From positions 2,886-66,885 of the forward strand of contig CAYUNK010000003.1 of assembly GCA_964446125.1 (NCBI GenBank): DNA of 64,000 nucleotides. Direction: 5' to 3'. Both the position numbers and the translations under genes were made by a program. Below are positions 19,864 to 28,804 of this stretch, piece by piece; position 1 is the first letter of the stretch; every line of letters begins with the position of its first letter. Under the pieces are notes generated by a model. That model was not told the DNA's origin and searched no databases. It worked only from the letters and a program-made list of their open reading frames with translations. Origin of the DNA: an uncultured Nitrospiraceae bacterium (GTDB lineage: Bacteria > Nitrospirota > Thermodesulfovibrionia > Thermodesulfovibrionales > UBA6898).

Positions 19864-21029
19864 TGCAGATCCCGCTTTCATACAGCTTCAGAAATCTCTG
19901 GACGAGGAGGCTCACAACGCTCTTTACCGCCACCGGCATGGCTCTGGTCGTCTTTGTCTTTGCCTCGATCCTGATGCTGGCCGAGGGGCTCAGAAAGACG
20001 CTGGTAGAGACCGGCTCCCACGACAATGTTATTGTGACCAGGAGGGCCTCAGGCAGCGAAATCCAGAGCGGCATAGACCGCCTCTCCGCCTCTGTAGTCG
20101 AGACCCAGCCTGAGATAGCGATCGGCAGCGAGGGCCGGCGCCTCTCTGCAAAGGAACTCGTTGTGCTGATCAATCTCCACAAGAGGGGCAGTACAAAACC
20201 GGGCCAGGTGGTCACACGGGGTATTACGCAGAATTCCCTGATTCTGAGGCCCCAGGCCAGGCTTACGCAGGGAAGACTGCCGAGGCCGGGCTCCTATGAA
20301 CTGCTTGCAGGCTCGAGCATTGCAAAACGGTTCAAGGGAGGCGGCCTGGGCGAGCAGCTCCAGTTCAACAACCGCACCTGGACAGTGGTCGGTGTATTTG
20401 ATGCAGGCAGCACAGGCTTCAACTCTGAACTCTGGGGAGACGTTGACCAGCTGATGCAGGCCTTCCGGAGGCAGGTCTACTCTTCGATACTCTTCAGGCT
20501 GTCCGATCCTGCCCGGCTGGATGCTGTGAAAAGAAGAATAGAAGAAGATCCCAGGCTGGCGCTCGATGCAAAGAGAGAGACGACCTATTACTCGGATCAG
20601 TCCGAGGTGATGTCAAAGTTTCTCCGCATCCTCGGCATATCATTGACCATTATCTTTTCGCTGGGCGCGGTCATCGGCGCCATGATCACGATGTATGCAG
20701 CCGTAGCCAACAGGATCGGAGAGATCGGAACACTCAGGGCGCTTGGGTTCCAGAGGCGAAGCATCCTCTTTGCGTTTGTTATGGAGGCTATGCTCCTTGG
20801 ACTTATCGGCGGTCTGGCAGGCCTGTTCCTGGCGTCGTTTCTGCAGCTCTTTACCATTTCGACGATGAACTTTCAGACCTTCTCTGAGCTTGCCTTCTCC
20901 TTCAGCCTCACACCGGCCATCTCAGTCAGTTCCCTGCTCTTCTCCCTGATCATGGGCTTTGTGGGGGGTGTGCTCCCTGCCGTCCGCGCAGCGCGCATGA
21001 ATATCATTGATGCCCTGCGGGCAGGCTGA
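19863..21029 (+). CDS. ABC transporter permease, FtsX/MacB family (second copy)
   Basis: 388 aa, same architecture. ATGA-type overlap with the upstream permease. Confidence 0.85.
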   Translation: MQIPLSYSFRNLWTRRLTTLFTATGMALVVFVFASILMLAEGLRKTLVETGSHDNVIVTRRASGSEIQSGIDRLSASVVETQPEIAIGSEGRRLSAKELVVLINLHKRGSTKPGQVVTRGITQNSLILRPQARLTQGRLPRPGSYELLAGSSIAKRFKGGGLGEQLQFNNRTWTVVGVFDAGSTGFNSELWGDVDQLMQAFRRQVYSSILFRLSDPARLDAVKRRIEEDPRLALDAKRETTYYSDQSEVMSKFLRILGISLTIIFSLGAVIGAMITMYAAVANRIGEIGTLRALGFQRRSILFAFVMEAMLLGLIGGLAGLFLASFLQLFTISTMNFQTFSELAFSFSLTPAISVSSLLFSLIMGFVGGVLPAVRAARMNIIDALRAG

Positions 21030-22454
21030 TACGGTCAGCTTTGCGATCATAGCCTCCGCAAGGGCCAGGGCCTCATGGCGGCAAGTGACCCTGCCCAGAT
21101 CCTGAGCAATCCTGAGCCGGTGAAGAAGACTCCCAAGTCCTATGCCGGGCTGAACGCCCATCGCAATCAGGTCATGGCCGTTTATCAAAAGTGGAGTCTC
21201 TAATTTCGGCTTGACAGAGAAAAAATATTCCTTTATGCAGTCCTCTGCCCAGTCCATAAAATGTCTTCGATAATCCTCTGTTGATTCAGGGCCGAGGCTG
21301 CTCATCACGTCTGCCATGCCAAGGATAAGGGCAGGCACTGAATCATCGCCCAGCTTTCGGAACCACCTCATATGGGCAGCAGGACTTGCCTTTTGGGATG
21401 ACAGCGCAAGGGGCCTGAGATGGCCGGAAACGATATTCACAAGGAAATCCTTCATGCGGCTTGAAAGCTTAAGCCTGCCTGCCATCTGCTTTATGAGCTC
21501 TGCGCCTGCCTTGTCATGGCCGTAAAATATGATCCTGCTTGTGCCGGGCTTTACCCCTGCAGTTACAGGTTTGCCTATGTCATGCAGCAGCCCTGCAAGT
21601 TTCAGAAGAACCGTCCTTTCCTGATCAAGGAGCCCGGCCACTGAATTACCTGCTTCGCCAAACCGGACGAGGTCAGAAAGTATATGCTCAACCTCCTCCA
21701 TGACAAGCAAAGAATGCTCCCAGACATCCTTGTGGTGGTACCAGTTCTGCCTGCAGCCCTTCATCGGCAGTATCTCAGGAAAGATCATATCGAGGATGCC
21801 GAGCGTATCCATCTGCCTGAGCCGGACAGAGCTTTTCTGGGTGAGGAGAATGGCTTGAAGCTCTGCCGTGATGCGCTCGACAGATACCTGCTTCAGAAGC
21901 GGGCCATTGTCCTTTATGGCCTCGAGCGTCTTCTCATCAATGGCAAAACCGAGCACAGCCGCAAACCGAAATGCGCGAAGGATTCTTAACGGATCAGAGA
22001 CGAAGGCCTCCGGGCTTACCATCCTTACAATCTTATTCTGCAGATCAGTCATCCCATGAAAGGGGTCTATCAACTGCCCGGAAGCCTCATTGTCATCACG
22101 CAGCCCGACTGCCATGGCATTGATAGTAAAATCCCTGCAGCCCAGGTCTTCCTCGATAGTCTCTCCCCGCATCTCAGAGATATCGAGAAACTGATCAGGG
22201 AAGTCACGGTCTACGATTCTGTAGCAAGGCTCAGAAGGCTTCTTCTCCATTGGTATGAACGAGGCATTATTCTGACGGGCTATGCTCAGGGCAGCTGTTT
22301 TTGCATCCCTGCAGACAAGGTCAATGTCCTTATGCCTGCTTTTCAGGTGCAGGTCTCGCACTGAGCCGCCCACGAGGTAATAGCTGCCAAAGGCAGGCCT
22401 TGCGGAAACCAGCCGCAGGCGCAGAGACTCGGGTATCGTCATTCTGATCTTCAT
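20922..22454 (-). CDS. cca: CCA-adding tRNA nucleotidyltransferase / poly(A) polymerase family with HD domain
   Basis: GGSVRDLHL, DIDLVC, RDFTINAMAV, HD motif LLHDIGKP. The non-conserved-looking C-terminal tail overlaps the convergent permease gene by 108 nt. Confidence 0.8.
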   Translation of the reverse strand: MKIRMTIPESLRLRLVSARPAFGSYYLVGGSVRDLHLKSRHKDIDLVCRDAKTAALSIARQNNASFIPMEKKPSEPCYRIVDRDFPDQFLDISEMRGETIEEDLGCRDFTINAMAVGLRDDNEASGQLIDPFHGMTDLQNKIVRMVSPEAFVSDPLRILRAFRFAAVLGFAIDEKTLEAIKDNGPLLKQVSVERITAELQAILLTQKSSVRLRQMDTLGILDMIFPEILPMKGCRQNWYHHKDVWEHSLLVMEEVEHILSDLVRFGEAGNSVAGLLDQERTVLLKLAGLLHDIGKPVTAGVKPGTSRIIFYGHDKAGAELIKQMAGRLKLSSRMKDFLVNIVSGHLRPLALSSQKASPAAHMRWFRKLGDDSVPALILGMADVMSSLGPESTEDYRRHFMDWAEDCIKEYFFSVKPKLETPLLINGHDLIAMGVQPGIGLGSLLHRLRIAQDLGRVTCRHEALALAEAMIAKLTVSACPQGINDIHARCADGREHTPHKAHDQGEEQGTD

Positions 22455-22606
22455 GGTGATACCACACTATAGCACAGAATGTTAGCCGGGCCTGTCAGCC
22501 GCCGCGATTATAAGAATACTGTCAGAAGTCTGTCCTGCGGCGACCAGCGCAGGATGGGAACGGCAAAACTGTGCGGGGGCTGTCAGCCATCTACACAAGC
22601 GCCTTG

Positions 22607-22942
22607 TTATGTAATTATTTCATTCAGTCCTTCAATGACTTGATTCAATTCCTCATCTGAGACTCTGCCTGATAACTTGCCTATTCTTTCTGTAGAAAGT
22701 GTCCTTATTTGACTTATCTTAATCCATGACTTTTTTGGCAGATTACCGGTCTGCAATTCCAAAGTCAGCGGGAAACCAGCCCTCTGAGGTTGACTCGTAA
22801 TTGCCACTGCGATGACTGTTCCGGAACGCTCATTGAAAACATCATGGCTCACAATCAACACTGGTCGCAAACCAGCCTGTTCCTGTCCGCGCACAGGATT
22901 TAAATCGGCCCAACGAACTTCGCCCCTCAGTATTCTGGCCAT
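22607..22942 (-). CDS. mazF: MazF/PemK-family type II toxin
   Basis: RGEVRWADLNPVRGQEQAGLRPVLIVS, typical PemK fold signature. Confidence 0.85.
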   Translation of the reverse strand: MARILRGEVRWADLNPVRGQEQAGLRPVLIVSHDVFNERSGTVIAVAITSQPQRAGFPLTLELQTGNLPKKSWIKISQIRTLSTERIGKLSGRVSDEELNQVIEGLNEIIT

Positions 22943-23169
22943 TCCGCAACGTCCTTGCTTAATCCTTCTTCAGCTATTGCCTTCTCGAAGACAGGGTCGA
23001 GTTTTGTACATTCCTTTGATAAACGACTGCGTCTAATCCTTTGCAGTTTGTCGCCGACCGCTTCCTGAACTGCCTGACTGCGGCTTTGAAAGATATGCTT
23101 GCCGATAAGCTTGTCTATTTGTTCAATGTATTCTTCATCCAATGTTATTGCAATCTTTGCTTTACCCAT
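22927..23169 (-). CDS. Ribbon-helix-helix (CopG/MazE-like) antitoxin
   Basis: KIAITLDEEYIEQIDKL..SRSQAVQEAV. ATG at 23169 is preceded by AGGAGG. The ORF-track start at 23175 is a GTG. Confidence 0.7.
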   Translation of the reverse strand: MGKAKIAITLDEEYIEQIDKLIGKHIFQSRSQAVQEAVGDKLQRIRRSRLSKECTKLDPVFEKAIAEEGLSKDVAEWPEY

Positions 23170-23185
23170 AAACACCTCCTGACCT

Positions 23186-23206
23186 GGTATTGCATTATAT
23201 CATACC
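23186..23206 (-). promoter_or_regulatory. Candidate promoter/operator of the RHH-mazF pair
   Basis: Inverted repeat GGTAT-N11-ATACC encloses a minus-strand TATAAT (23194-23199), about 20 nt upstream of the RBS. Confidence 0.35.
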
Positions 23207-23306
23207 TCTGATCTGTTGCTGACACTACAGAAATGAAAACTCCATCCCTATCAGGCAATGGGTAGATCCATGATTTCAAATTATCTTGGACAGCAGTGAT
23301 ACCACT

Positions 23307-23579
23307 TCATTTCCTAAAGAGGTCGCTGTGTGTGCCGGTACGCTCAAGCCTTAGTGAGTTGAGGTCTGTTGTATAAATCCGTATCCAGTCAGGTTCGATA
23401 TGACAGTCGTGTGATGGCTGCCAGTCTCCTGCAAGGGGATGGTCTTTATAATTTGCCGGCAACATGATACCTTCAGCCAGAAGTTTAACAACTGTATGCA
23501 GTTTTTCTATGTCTTTTCCTCGCTTCCGCATACGTCTGACATCACGAGAAAATTGCCCGGTCTGCGAGACCGCTTTCAT
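23307..23579 (-). CDS. yafQ: YafQ/RelE-family type II toxin (mRNA interferase)
   Basis: FSRDVRRMRKRGKDIEKL..YKDHPLAGDW..HDCHIEPDW..RTGTHSDLF. Confidence 0.8.
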   Translation of the reverse strand: MKAVSQTGQFSRDVRRMRKRGKDIEKLHTVVKLLAEGIMLPANYKDHPLAGDWQPSHDCHIEPDWIRIYTTDLNSLRLERTGTHSDLFRK

Positions 23580-23833
23580 TTTTCCCAGCTATCGAACATT
23601 TTCTCTAAGGAATCAAACGCCTGAATATCTTTGCCTTGACGGCTCTTCTTTAGCGTAGAAGCCGTCAGTTTGTTAGGAATCTCAACCGGAAAGGGTAACC
23701 CGCCCCGAAGCGATATCTGCTTATAGAAAATACGGATGGCTTCGGTAGGAGTTAGTCCAAGTCTTCGCAGTATCTCTTCGGCCTTATTCTTTGTTTGAGG
23801 CTCGATACGAGCATGCACCGCTGCAGTTTTCAT
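23576..23833 (-). CDS. dinJ: DinJ/RelB-family antitoxin
   Basis: HARIEPQTKNKAEEILRRLGLTPTEAIRIFYKQI. 4-nt overlap with yafQ. ATG at 23833 is preferred over the GTG at 23848. Confidence 0.75.
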   Translation of the reverse strand: MKTAAVHARIEPQTKNKAEEILRRLGLTPTEAIRIFYKQISLRGGLPFPVEIPNKLTASTLKKSRQGKDIQAFDSLEKMFDSWEK

Positions 23834-23895
23834 ATTTGAATGTAGCACATATGCAACACATTTGTAAATCTGCCGGTTAGAGTCAAATAAGTCAA

Positions 23896-26250
23896 CTAAA
23901 TTGAATTACCCCTGTTATCTGCTCCAGATTCTTCAAGAACCGTCAACAAAGCCTGTACCACTTTAGGATCAAACTGGGTGCCAGCATACTTTCTAAGCTC
24001 TTTCTTGGCTTCCTCACGTCCGAGGGCATCACGGTAAGCCCTGTCAGACCTCATTGCATCCCACGCATCGGCAACGCAAATAATCCTGGCCTTTAAAGGA
24101 ATATCTCCGTATTTCAGCCCAAGAGGATATCCTGAACCATCATACCATTCATGATGATGCCGTATGGAAGAGAGTATCGGTTTTAAAAAATGAATGGGAG
24201 AAAGGATCTGAACTCCCCTGTCAGGATGTGAGCGAAAGATCTTCCTTTCTTCATGTTCAAGCGGCGTCTCTTTTCGCAACAGGCCAACACTGATCCCGAT
24301 TTTACCGATATCATGCAGAAGAGCAGCATGCCTGAGGTCATCCCTCTCCTGCCGACCCAGTCTCAGCACATCTGCCATACCTGCACATAAATCGGCGACG
24401 CGTTCACTATGCCCCCTGGTGTATGTGTCCTTTGCCTCTACGGCATTTACCAGCGCCATAACCGTCTGGAAATATGAAACTTCCATGTCCTCATACAACA
24501 TGCTGTTAAACACCCCGGATGAAATTACCTCTGACAGATACTGGAAAAACTCCAGATCATCTCCGCTATAATCATGTGGCATATCAGAGGCCAGATAGAG
24601 CACTCCAATTATCCTGTCCTGAATCTTCAGCGGCATAGCTATTTCGACCAGGGTCTCCATCGGTATATTAAAGGGGTTTTCCTTATCGTAATTTACAATT
24701 ACATGGCCTTTCAACAGCGCTTTCCTGAGAATAACACTGTCTGTTGAATGCCTGTCACTGACCTGTCCGCCGGAATATCCGGAGGACATTCTGGGGACCA
24801 GCACAAGGTTTCCGAAGAAATTGCAGCTGCTGCACGCCCTTATCTTCTCTTCAAAATTCATTACAGGCAGACAGAATGTATGACTCTTCTTCTCTGCCCT
24901 GTATTTTGGAGGGGTAAGCGTGCTCAATCCGTTGAATGAATCACTATGGCACATCGTCCCTGCGAGCCTCCAGCAGTTCACCTCCGAGTGATACGCAGGA
25001 CAGTTGTATGCCTCACACGCAAAGTAATCATGACATCTCCGGCTGTAATCCTCCTGCATAAGCAGAACCAGACCGGCCTTAGTGTCAGTAACCGTCATGC
25101 CTATCTTCAACAAAGTCGAGAGAGTCTGCTCAATATCCAGTGTAGAAGTGATATGCCGCGAGGCTTCAAGCAGTGTTTCCAGTCTTACATTGCTTTTTGC
25201 AAGAAGTATATTGAGATTCTCAACTTCGCTGATATGGCTTCTGGTCTTCTCCTCATGCATTTTAAGGGCACAACTCATGACATTAAAACTGTCCTGCAGT
25301 TCTCTGAGTTCATCGCCCTTGAGGCTCTTGTACACCTTACATTCGAGGCAGTCCTCAATAGTGACACAATCCCTGTCCGGCTGATCACTTACACAGAGCG
25401 TACCGCTGATGAGCCAACAGGGGCGACTGTTATCTTCATAGGAAGGACATCCCACTTTGCTGCAGCCTGTTATTTCATGACATTTAGTGCCTCTCGACCT
25501 GAACAGGACAAAATCCCCCTGTGCAATCCGCCGGGCAGCTTGGGTCAGACCTTTTAGCGGAAGAAGAAGCATCCTTCTGCTCAGGATGCTCAAAACACCT
25601 GAAAGAACAAGCGCAGTCACAATGCCGAAGACTGACATGCGCTTCAGAAGATCGTCTGTGCGCTGCTCCATGACCTCGGCTGACATCCGGAAATAGACAA
25701 TTCCCCTGACTCTGTCCTTGCTGTCATGGCACTTCATACAGCTTTGTTCATTAATTAACGGACTCATAAAATGCCAGGAATCCGACATGTAATAGGAAAT
25801 CTCCTGTCCCTGATTGAGAGCATTTATGAAATCCTGCCTGACGGAAAGCAACGATCCTGTCATTCCAAAGGCATATCTGCCTTCAGGGCTTAAGACTGCC
25901 ACTTCCTGAACTCCCTCAATATCCGCCAAATTCTTCAGGAGGTGTACGGTTTCATCAGGGTTTCCATCCAGCATATTAACTGTAAGGGCCTTGCTTATGA
26001 CAGAAGTAACAATTGAAGCATCTCTCTCATATGACTCACGGATAAGCAGTGTTTCACGACGCACAACCAGAAATGACAGAAGGGCAATAGCAATTGCCAC
26101 ACTGAGGATAACAACAATAAGATACTTTTTTCCTAAACTTAAATTGCGTATTTTGTGTAGCATTCGCCAAAATTCAGCAGCCCATCCAACCCGCCGATCT
26201 GATACCCTGTTTTGCTGCTTGCCTCGCCCATCGCCACAATTGGATGGCAA
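23896..26250 (-). CDS. Membrane HD-GYP phosphodiesterase with CxxCH sensor domain, HAMP, two Cys-rich CW modules and a split GAF
   Basis: HDIGKI and HHEWYDGSGYP (HD-GYP). CMKCH lies between two TMs. Likely true start is the ATG at 26163 (MLHKIRNL). Confidence 0.85.
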   Translation of the reverse strand: MPSNCGDGRGKQQNRVSDRRVGWAAEFWRMLHKIRNLSLGKKYLIVVILSVAIAIALLSFLVVRRETLLIRESYERDASIVTSVISKALTVNMLDGNPDETVHLLKNLADIEGVQEVAVLSPEGRYAFGMTGSLLSVRQDFINALNQGQEISYYMSDSWHFMSPLINEQSCMKCHDSKDRVRGIVYFRMSAEVMEQRTDDLLKRMSVFGIVTALVLSGVLSILSRRMLLLPLKGLTQAARRIAQGDFVLFRSRGTKCHEITGCSKVGCPSYEDNSRPCWLISGTLCVSDQPDRDCVTIEDCLECKVYKSLKGDELRELQDSFNVMSCALKMHEEKTRSHISEVENLNILLAKSNVRLETLLEASRHITSTLDIEQTLSTLLKIGMTVTDTKAGLVLLMQEDYSRRCHDYFACEAYNCPAYHSEVNCWRLAGTMCHSDSFNGLSTLTPPKYRAEKKSHTFCLPVMNFEEKIRACSSCNFFGNLVLVPRMSSGYSGGQVSDRHSTDSVILRKALLKGHVIVNYDKENPFNIPMETLVEIAMPLKIQDRIIGVLYLASDMPHDYSGDDLEFFQYLSEVISSGVFNSMLYEDMEVSYFQTVMALVNAVEAKDTYTRGHSERVADLCAGMADVLRLGRQERDDLRHAALLHDIGKIGISVGLLRKETPLEHEERKIFRSHPDRGVQILSPIHFLKPILSSIRHHHEWYDGSGYPLGLKYGDIPLKARIICVADAWDAMRSDRAYRDALGREEAKKELRKYAGTQFDPKVVQALLTVLEESGADNRGNSI

Positions 26251-26385
26251 AAGAAGATTTGATGTAATTTAACATATTTCAGCAAGTAATCACACCGCTG
26301 CTGCCTCCCTCCTTACGGACGAATAATTAGTGTATATCCCGCCGCAAATGCCTTCTTGGCAGCAATGCCTAAAAAGATGTGACTA

Positions 26386-26394
26386 TGCTAAAAT
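26386..26394 (+). promoter_or_regulatory. Extended -10 element TGCTAAAAT upstream of ffs
   Basis: TGnTAAAAT lies about 20 nt upstream of the first base of the SRP RNA terminal helix. Confidence 0.35.
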
Positions 26395-26414
26395 AGATCG
26401 GAATTAAGACTTTT

Positions 26415-26537
26415 CCTGCTGCATCCTGCAGGCGGCCCTGCGCAACAGTCAGGTGTGAACCTCGTCAGGTCCGGAAGGAAGCAGCGATAAGCATTTTGCC
26501 TGTGTGCCGCAGCAAGCCGCTTGCGGGATGGAGCAGG
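26415..26537 (+). ncRNA. ffs: Signal recognition particle RNA (small/4.5S type)
   Basis: Universally conserved domain IV GTCAGGTCCGGAAGGAAGCAGC. Terminal helix CCTGCTGCATCC / GGATGGAGCAGG. Classical ffs-dnaX-ybaB-recR synteny. Ends uncertain by about 15 nt. Confidence 0.8.
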
Positions 26538-26629
26538 AAAACAGCATTACCTGGAATCGGGTGTTCGTCATTGGCATAAAGTCAGTTTCTGTATACCGCA
26601 CCTGAAGAGTAACAGCCGACAAAAAACGA

Positions 26630-28432
26630 ATGAGCTATCTTGTACTTGCACGAAAATGGCGGCCCACAACCTTCGACGACCTCGTAGGCCAGGAGCCTAT
26701 TGCCCGCATGCTCAAGAATGCGCTCCTGCAGCAAAAGATCTCCCATGCATATATTTTTTCCGGGCCGCGCGGCGTAGGCAAGACAACGACCGCCAGAATC
26801 CTCGCAAAGGCGCTCAACTGCAAGAATGGCCCTGATGAATCACCCTGCGGCGCTTGTGAATCCTGCAGGGCGGTCACAGAGGGATCATCTGTTGATGTGA
26901 TCGAGATAGACGGCGCCTCCAACAACAGCGTTGATGATGTAAGAGACCTGAGGGAAAGGGTAAAATACGCCCCCTCAGGCGGCAAATACAAGATCTATAT
27001 CATAGATGAAGTCCATATGCTTTCCGGCTCGGCCTTTAATGCGCTTCTGAAGACCCTTGAGGAGCCTCCCTCTCATGTCATCTTCGTCCTTGCCACAACA
27101 GAGATGAAGAAGATCCCTGCGACTGTTCTTTCCCGATGCCAGCATATGCCGTTTAGAAGAATTGCATCGGCCGTCATCAAGGCGAGGCTCCAGCATATCG
27201 TGGATTCTGAGAAGATCGGCATTTCCTCGCATGCCCTGGGGCTGGTTGCAAAGGCTGCGGACGGCAGCATGCGGGACTCTCTCACGATCCTTGATCAGGT
27301 TTCATCCTTCTCTGACGAGATCACTGAAGAGCAGGTGCAGAACCTGCTTGGGCTGACCGACTTCGGCATGCTCGCAAAGACAGCGCATGCCCTTATCCTC
27401 GGAAACCGCACAGACCTCATAGAGATCGTTGAGAGTCTTTCAGAGCAGGGTTTTGACTTCAGGGCCTTTGTGAGGGAACTGGCCCAGTTCTTCAGGGATC
27501 TGCTGGTTGCAAGCGTTGTGAAACACCCGACAGATGTGCTTGAACTGAGCGCTGAGGAGCTTGCTGCAGTCACACAACTGGTGGCAGACACATCAGAGGA
27601 TCATCTCACGCTGATGCTCTCTGAAATCATGAAGGCAGAAACAGAAGTGAGGAACTCTGCGCTGCCCAGGATAGCGCTCGAGATGGCCCTCATCAGGGCG
27701 AGCTTTCTGAGCAGCCTCAAGCCGGTCAGCGAGATCATAAGAAATCTCGACAACCTTGCCGGCAGACCGCCTATCCCGGCCGCAGTCTCCGAAAACGAGA
27801 AGGGGAAGCAGGCTGCATCTGCCTCATCGGAGCCGGCTGCCTTAAAGGACAGAAATACAAAAAAAGAGACGGTCAAGGAACCTGAGACTGAAACCCCTGC
27901 CCCCGTGGTTTCATTGCCGATGACCGAAACAGAAGCGGATGAGACAATCGGGGAAGAGACTGATACGCTGCCGCTTACAGACGTCATGGAGCATGAATCT
28001 GATGAAGAGGCTGCTTCTGACGCTGATGGGCCTTCTCCTGCTGACGAAGAAAAAGACATTGCGAATATCTGGCATAATGTGCTCGACAGCATAGACGCCC
28101 CTCTCGCCTCAAAGCTTGTTCATGCAGCAATAGAGCTTACAGGGGATCAGCTTCAGGTCACCCTGCAGAACGGCCAGGCTCTGTTTGCAGACACCATAAG
28201 AAAGAGCCTTCCAAAGATTGAGACCATACTGTCTGAGCAGGCAGGCAGGAAACTGGTCATTGCGCTTTCAGCAGAACAGAAAAAAAAGTCTGCCCCAAAG
28301 AAAGATCTCAAGAAAAAGGCATCTGATGAGCCGCTCGTCAAAGAGGCCCTTGAACTGTTTGACGGCAGGATCATTGATGTATTACCTGCAGAATCCCAGT
28401 CCATAACCGAAAACGGAGGAACCGATGTCTAA
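26630..28432 (+). CDS. dnaX: DNA polymerase III subunit gamma/tau
   Basis: GPRGVGKTT, IYIIDEVHML, zinc module CGACESCR, SRC motif. Acidic low-complexity linker and C-terminal tau-specific region. Confidence 0.95.
   Translation: MSYLVLARKWRPTTFDDLVGQEPIARMLKNALLQQKISHAYIFSGPRGVGKTTTARILAKALNCKNGPDESPCGACESCRAVTEGSSVDVIEIDGASNNSVDDVRDLRERVKYAPSGGKYKIYIIDEVHMLSGSAFNALLKTLEEPPSHVIFVLATTEMKKIPATVLSRCQHMPFRRIASAVIKARLQHIVDSEKIGISSHALGLVAKAADGSMRDSLTILDQVSSFSDEITEEQVQNLLGLTDFGMLAKTAHALILGNRTDLIEIVESLSEQGFDFRAFVRELAQFFRDLLVASVVKHPTDVLELSAEELAAVTQLVADTSEDHLTLMLSEIMKAETEVRNSALPRIALEMALIRASFLSSLKPVSEIIRNLDNLAGRPPIPAAVSENEKGKQAASASSEPAALKDRNTKKETVKEPETETPAPVVSLPMTETEADETIGEETDTLPLTDVMEHESDEEAASDADGPSPADEEKDIANIWHNVLDSIDAPLASKLVHAAIELTGDQLQVTLQNGQALFADTIRKSLPKIETILSEQAGRKLVIALSAEQKKKSAPKKDLKKKASDEPLVKEALELFDGRIIDVLPAESQSITENGGTDV
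27859..27865 (+). other. Candidate -1 ribosomal frameshift heptamer A_AAA_AAA in dnaX
   Basis: In-frame X_XXY_YYZ at codons 410-412. The -1 frame reaches TGA at 27883-27885. AAGGA lies 9 nt upstream. Confidence 0.35.
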
Positions 28433-28766
28433 GAAAATGTTAGGGGACCTGATGCGTCAGGCTCAGAAACTTCAGGAAGAGATGATGAAGGCCCAGGAAG
28501 AGGCAAAGAAAAAGACGGTTGAAGCAACTGCCGGAGGAGGCATGGTCACGGTTGTTGCAAGCGGCGCAGGCCAGATCGTCTCGATAAGGATCGAAAAGGA
28601 TGTGGTGAATCCGGATGATGTAGAGATGCTTCAGGACCTGATCCTTGCCGCTTCTAATGAGGCGATCAGAAGGGCACAGGAACTGGTGCAGGGCGACATG
28701 TCAAAGCTGACCGGCGGCCTGAATCTGCCCGGCATGGGCGACCTGGGCGGCATGTTCGGAAGATAG
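28425..28766 (+). CDS. ybaB: Nucleoid-associated protein YbaB/EbfC
   Basis: 113 aa. GGGMVTVVASGAGQIVSIRI core. 8-nt overlap with dnaX. Confidence 0.9.
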   Translation: MSKKMLGDLMRQAQKLQEEMMKAQEEAKKKTVEATAGGGMVTVVASGAGQIVSIRIEKDVVNPDDVEMLQDLILAASNEAIRRAQELVQGDMSKLTGGLNLPGMGDLGGMFGR

Positions 28767-28804
28767 CCTCGGGCTGTCCGCCTGGGCTGCATGCCGCTGT
28801 ATCC

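Noticed and set aside
20922-21029. 108-nt convergent overlap between the 3' ends of cca and the second FtsX permease.
   Set aside because: Both ORFs are well supported upstream. The Cca tail in the overlap looks non-conserved and low-information. It is probably a fortuitous late stop rather than a regulatory arrangement.
26521-26835. 104-aa plus-strand ORF upstream of and overlapping dnaX.
   Set aside because: It starts inside the SRP RNA 3' helix and is out of frame with the strongly supported dnaX start at 26630.
28280-28287. Second slippery run in dnaX (G AAA AAA AAG, containing the classical A_AAA_AAG heptamer).
   Set aside because: It lies at codon ~552 of 600 in a Lys-rich tail. A shift there would not generate a gamma-like product. 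It also shows that such heptamers can arise simply from poly-Lys coding, which tempers the 27859 call.
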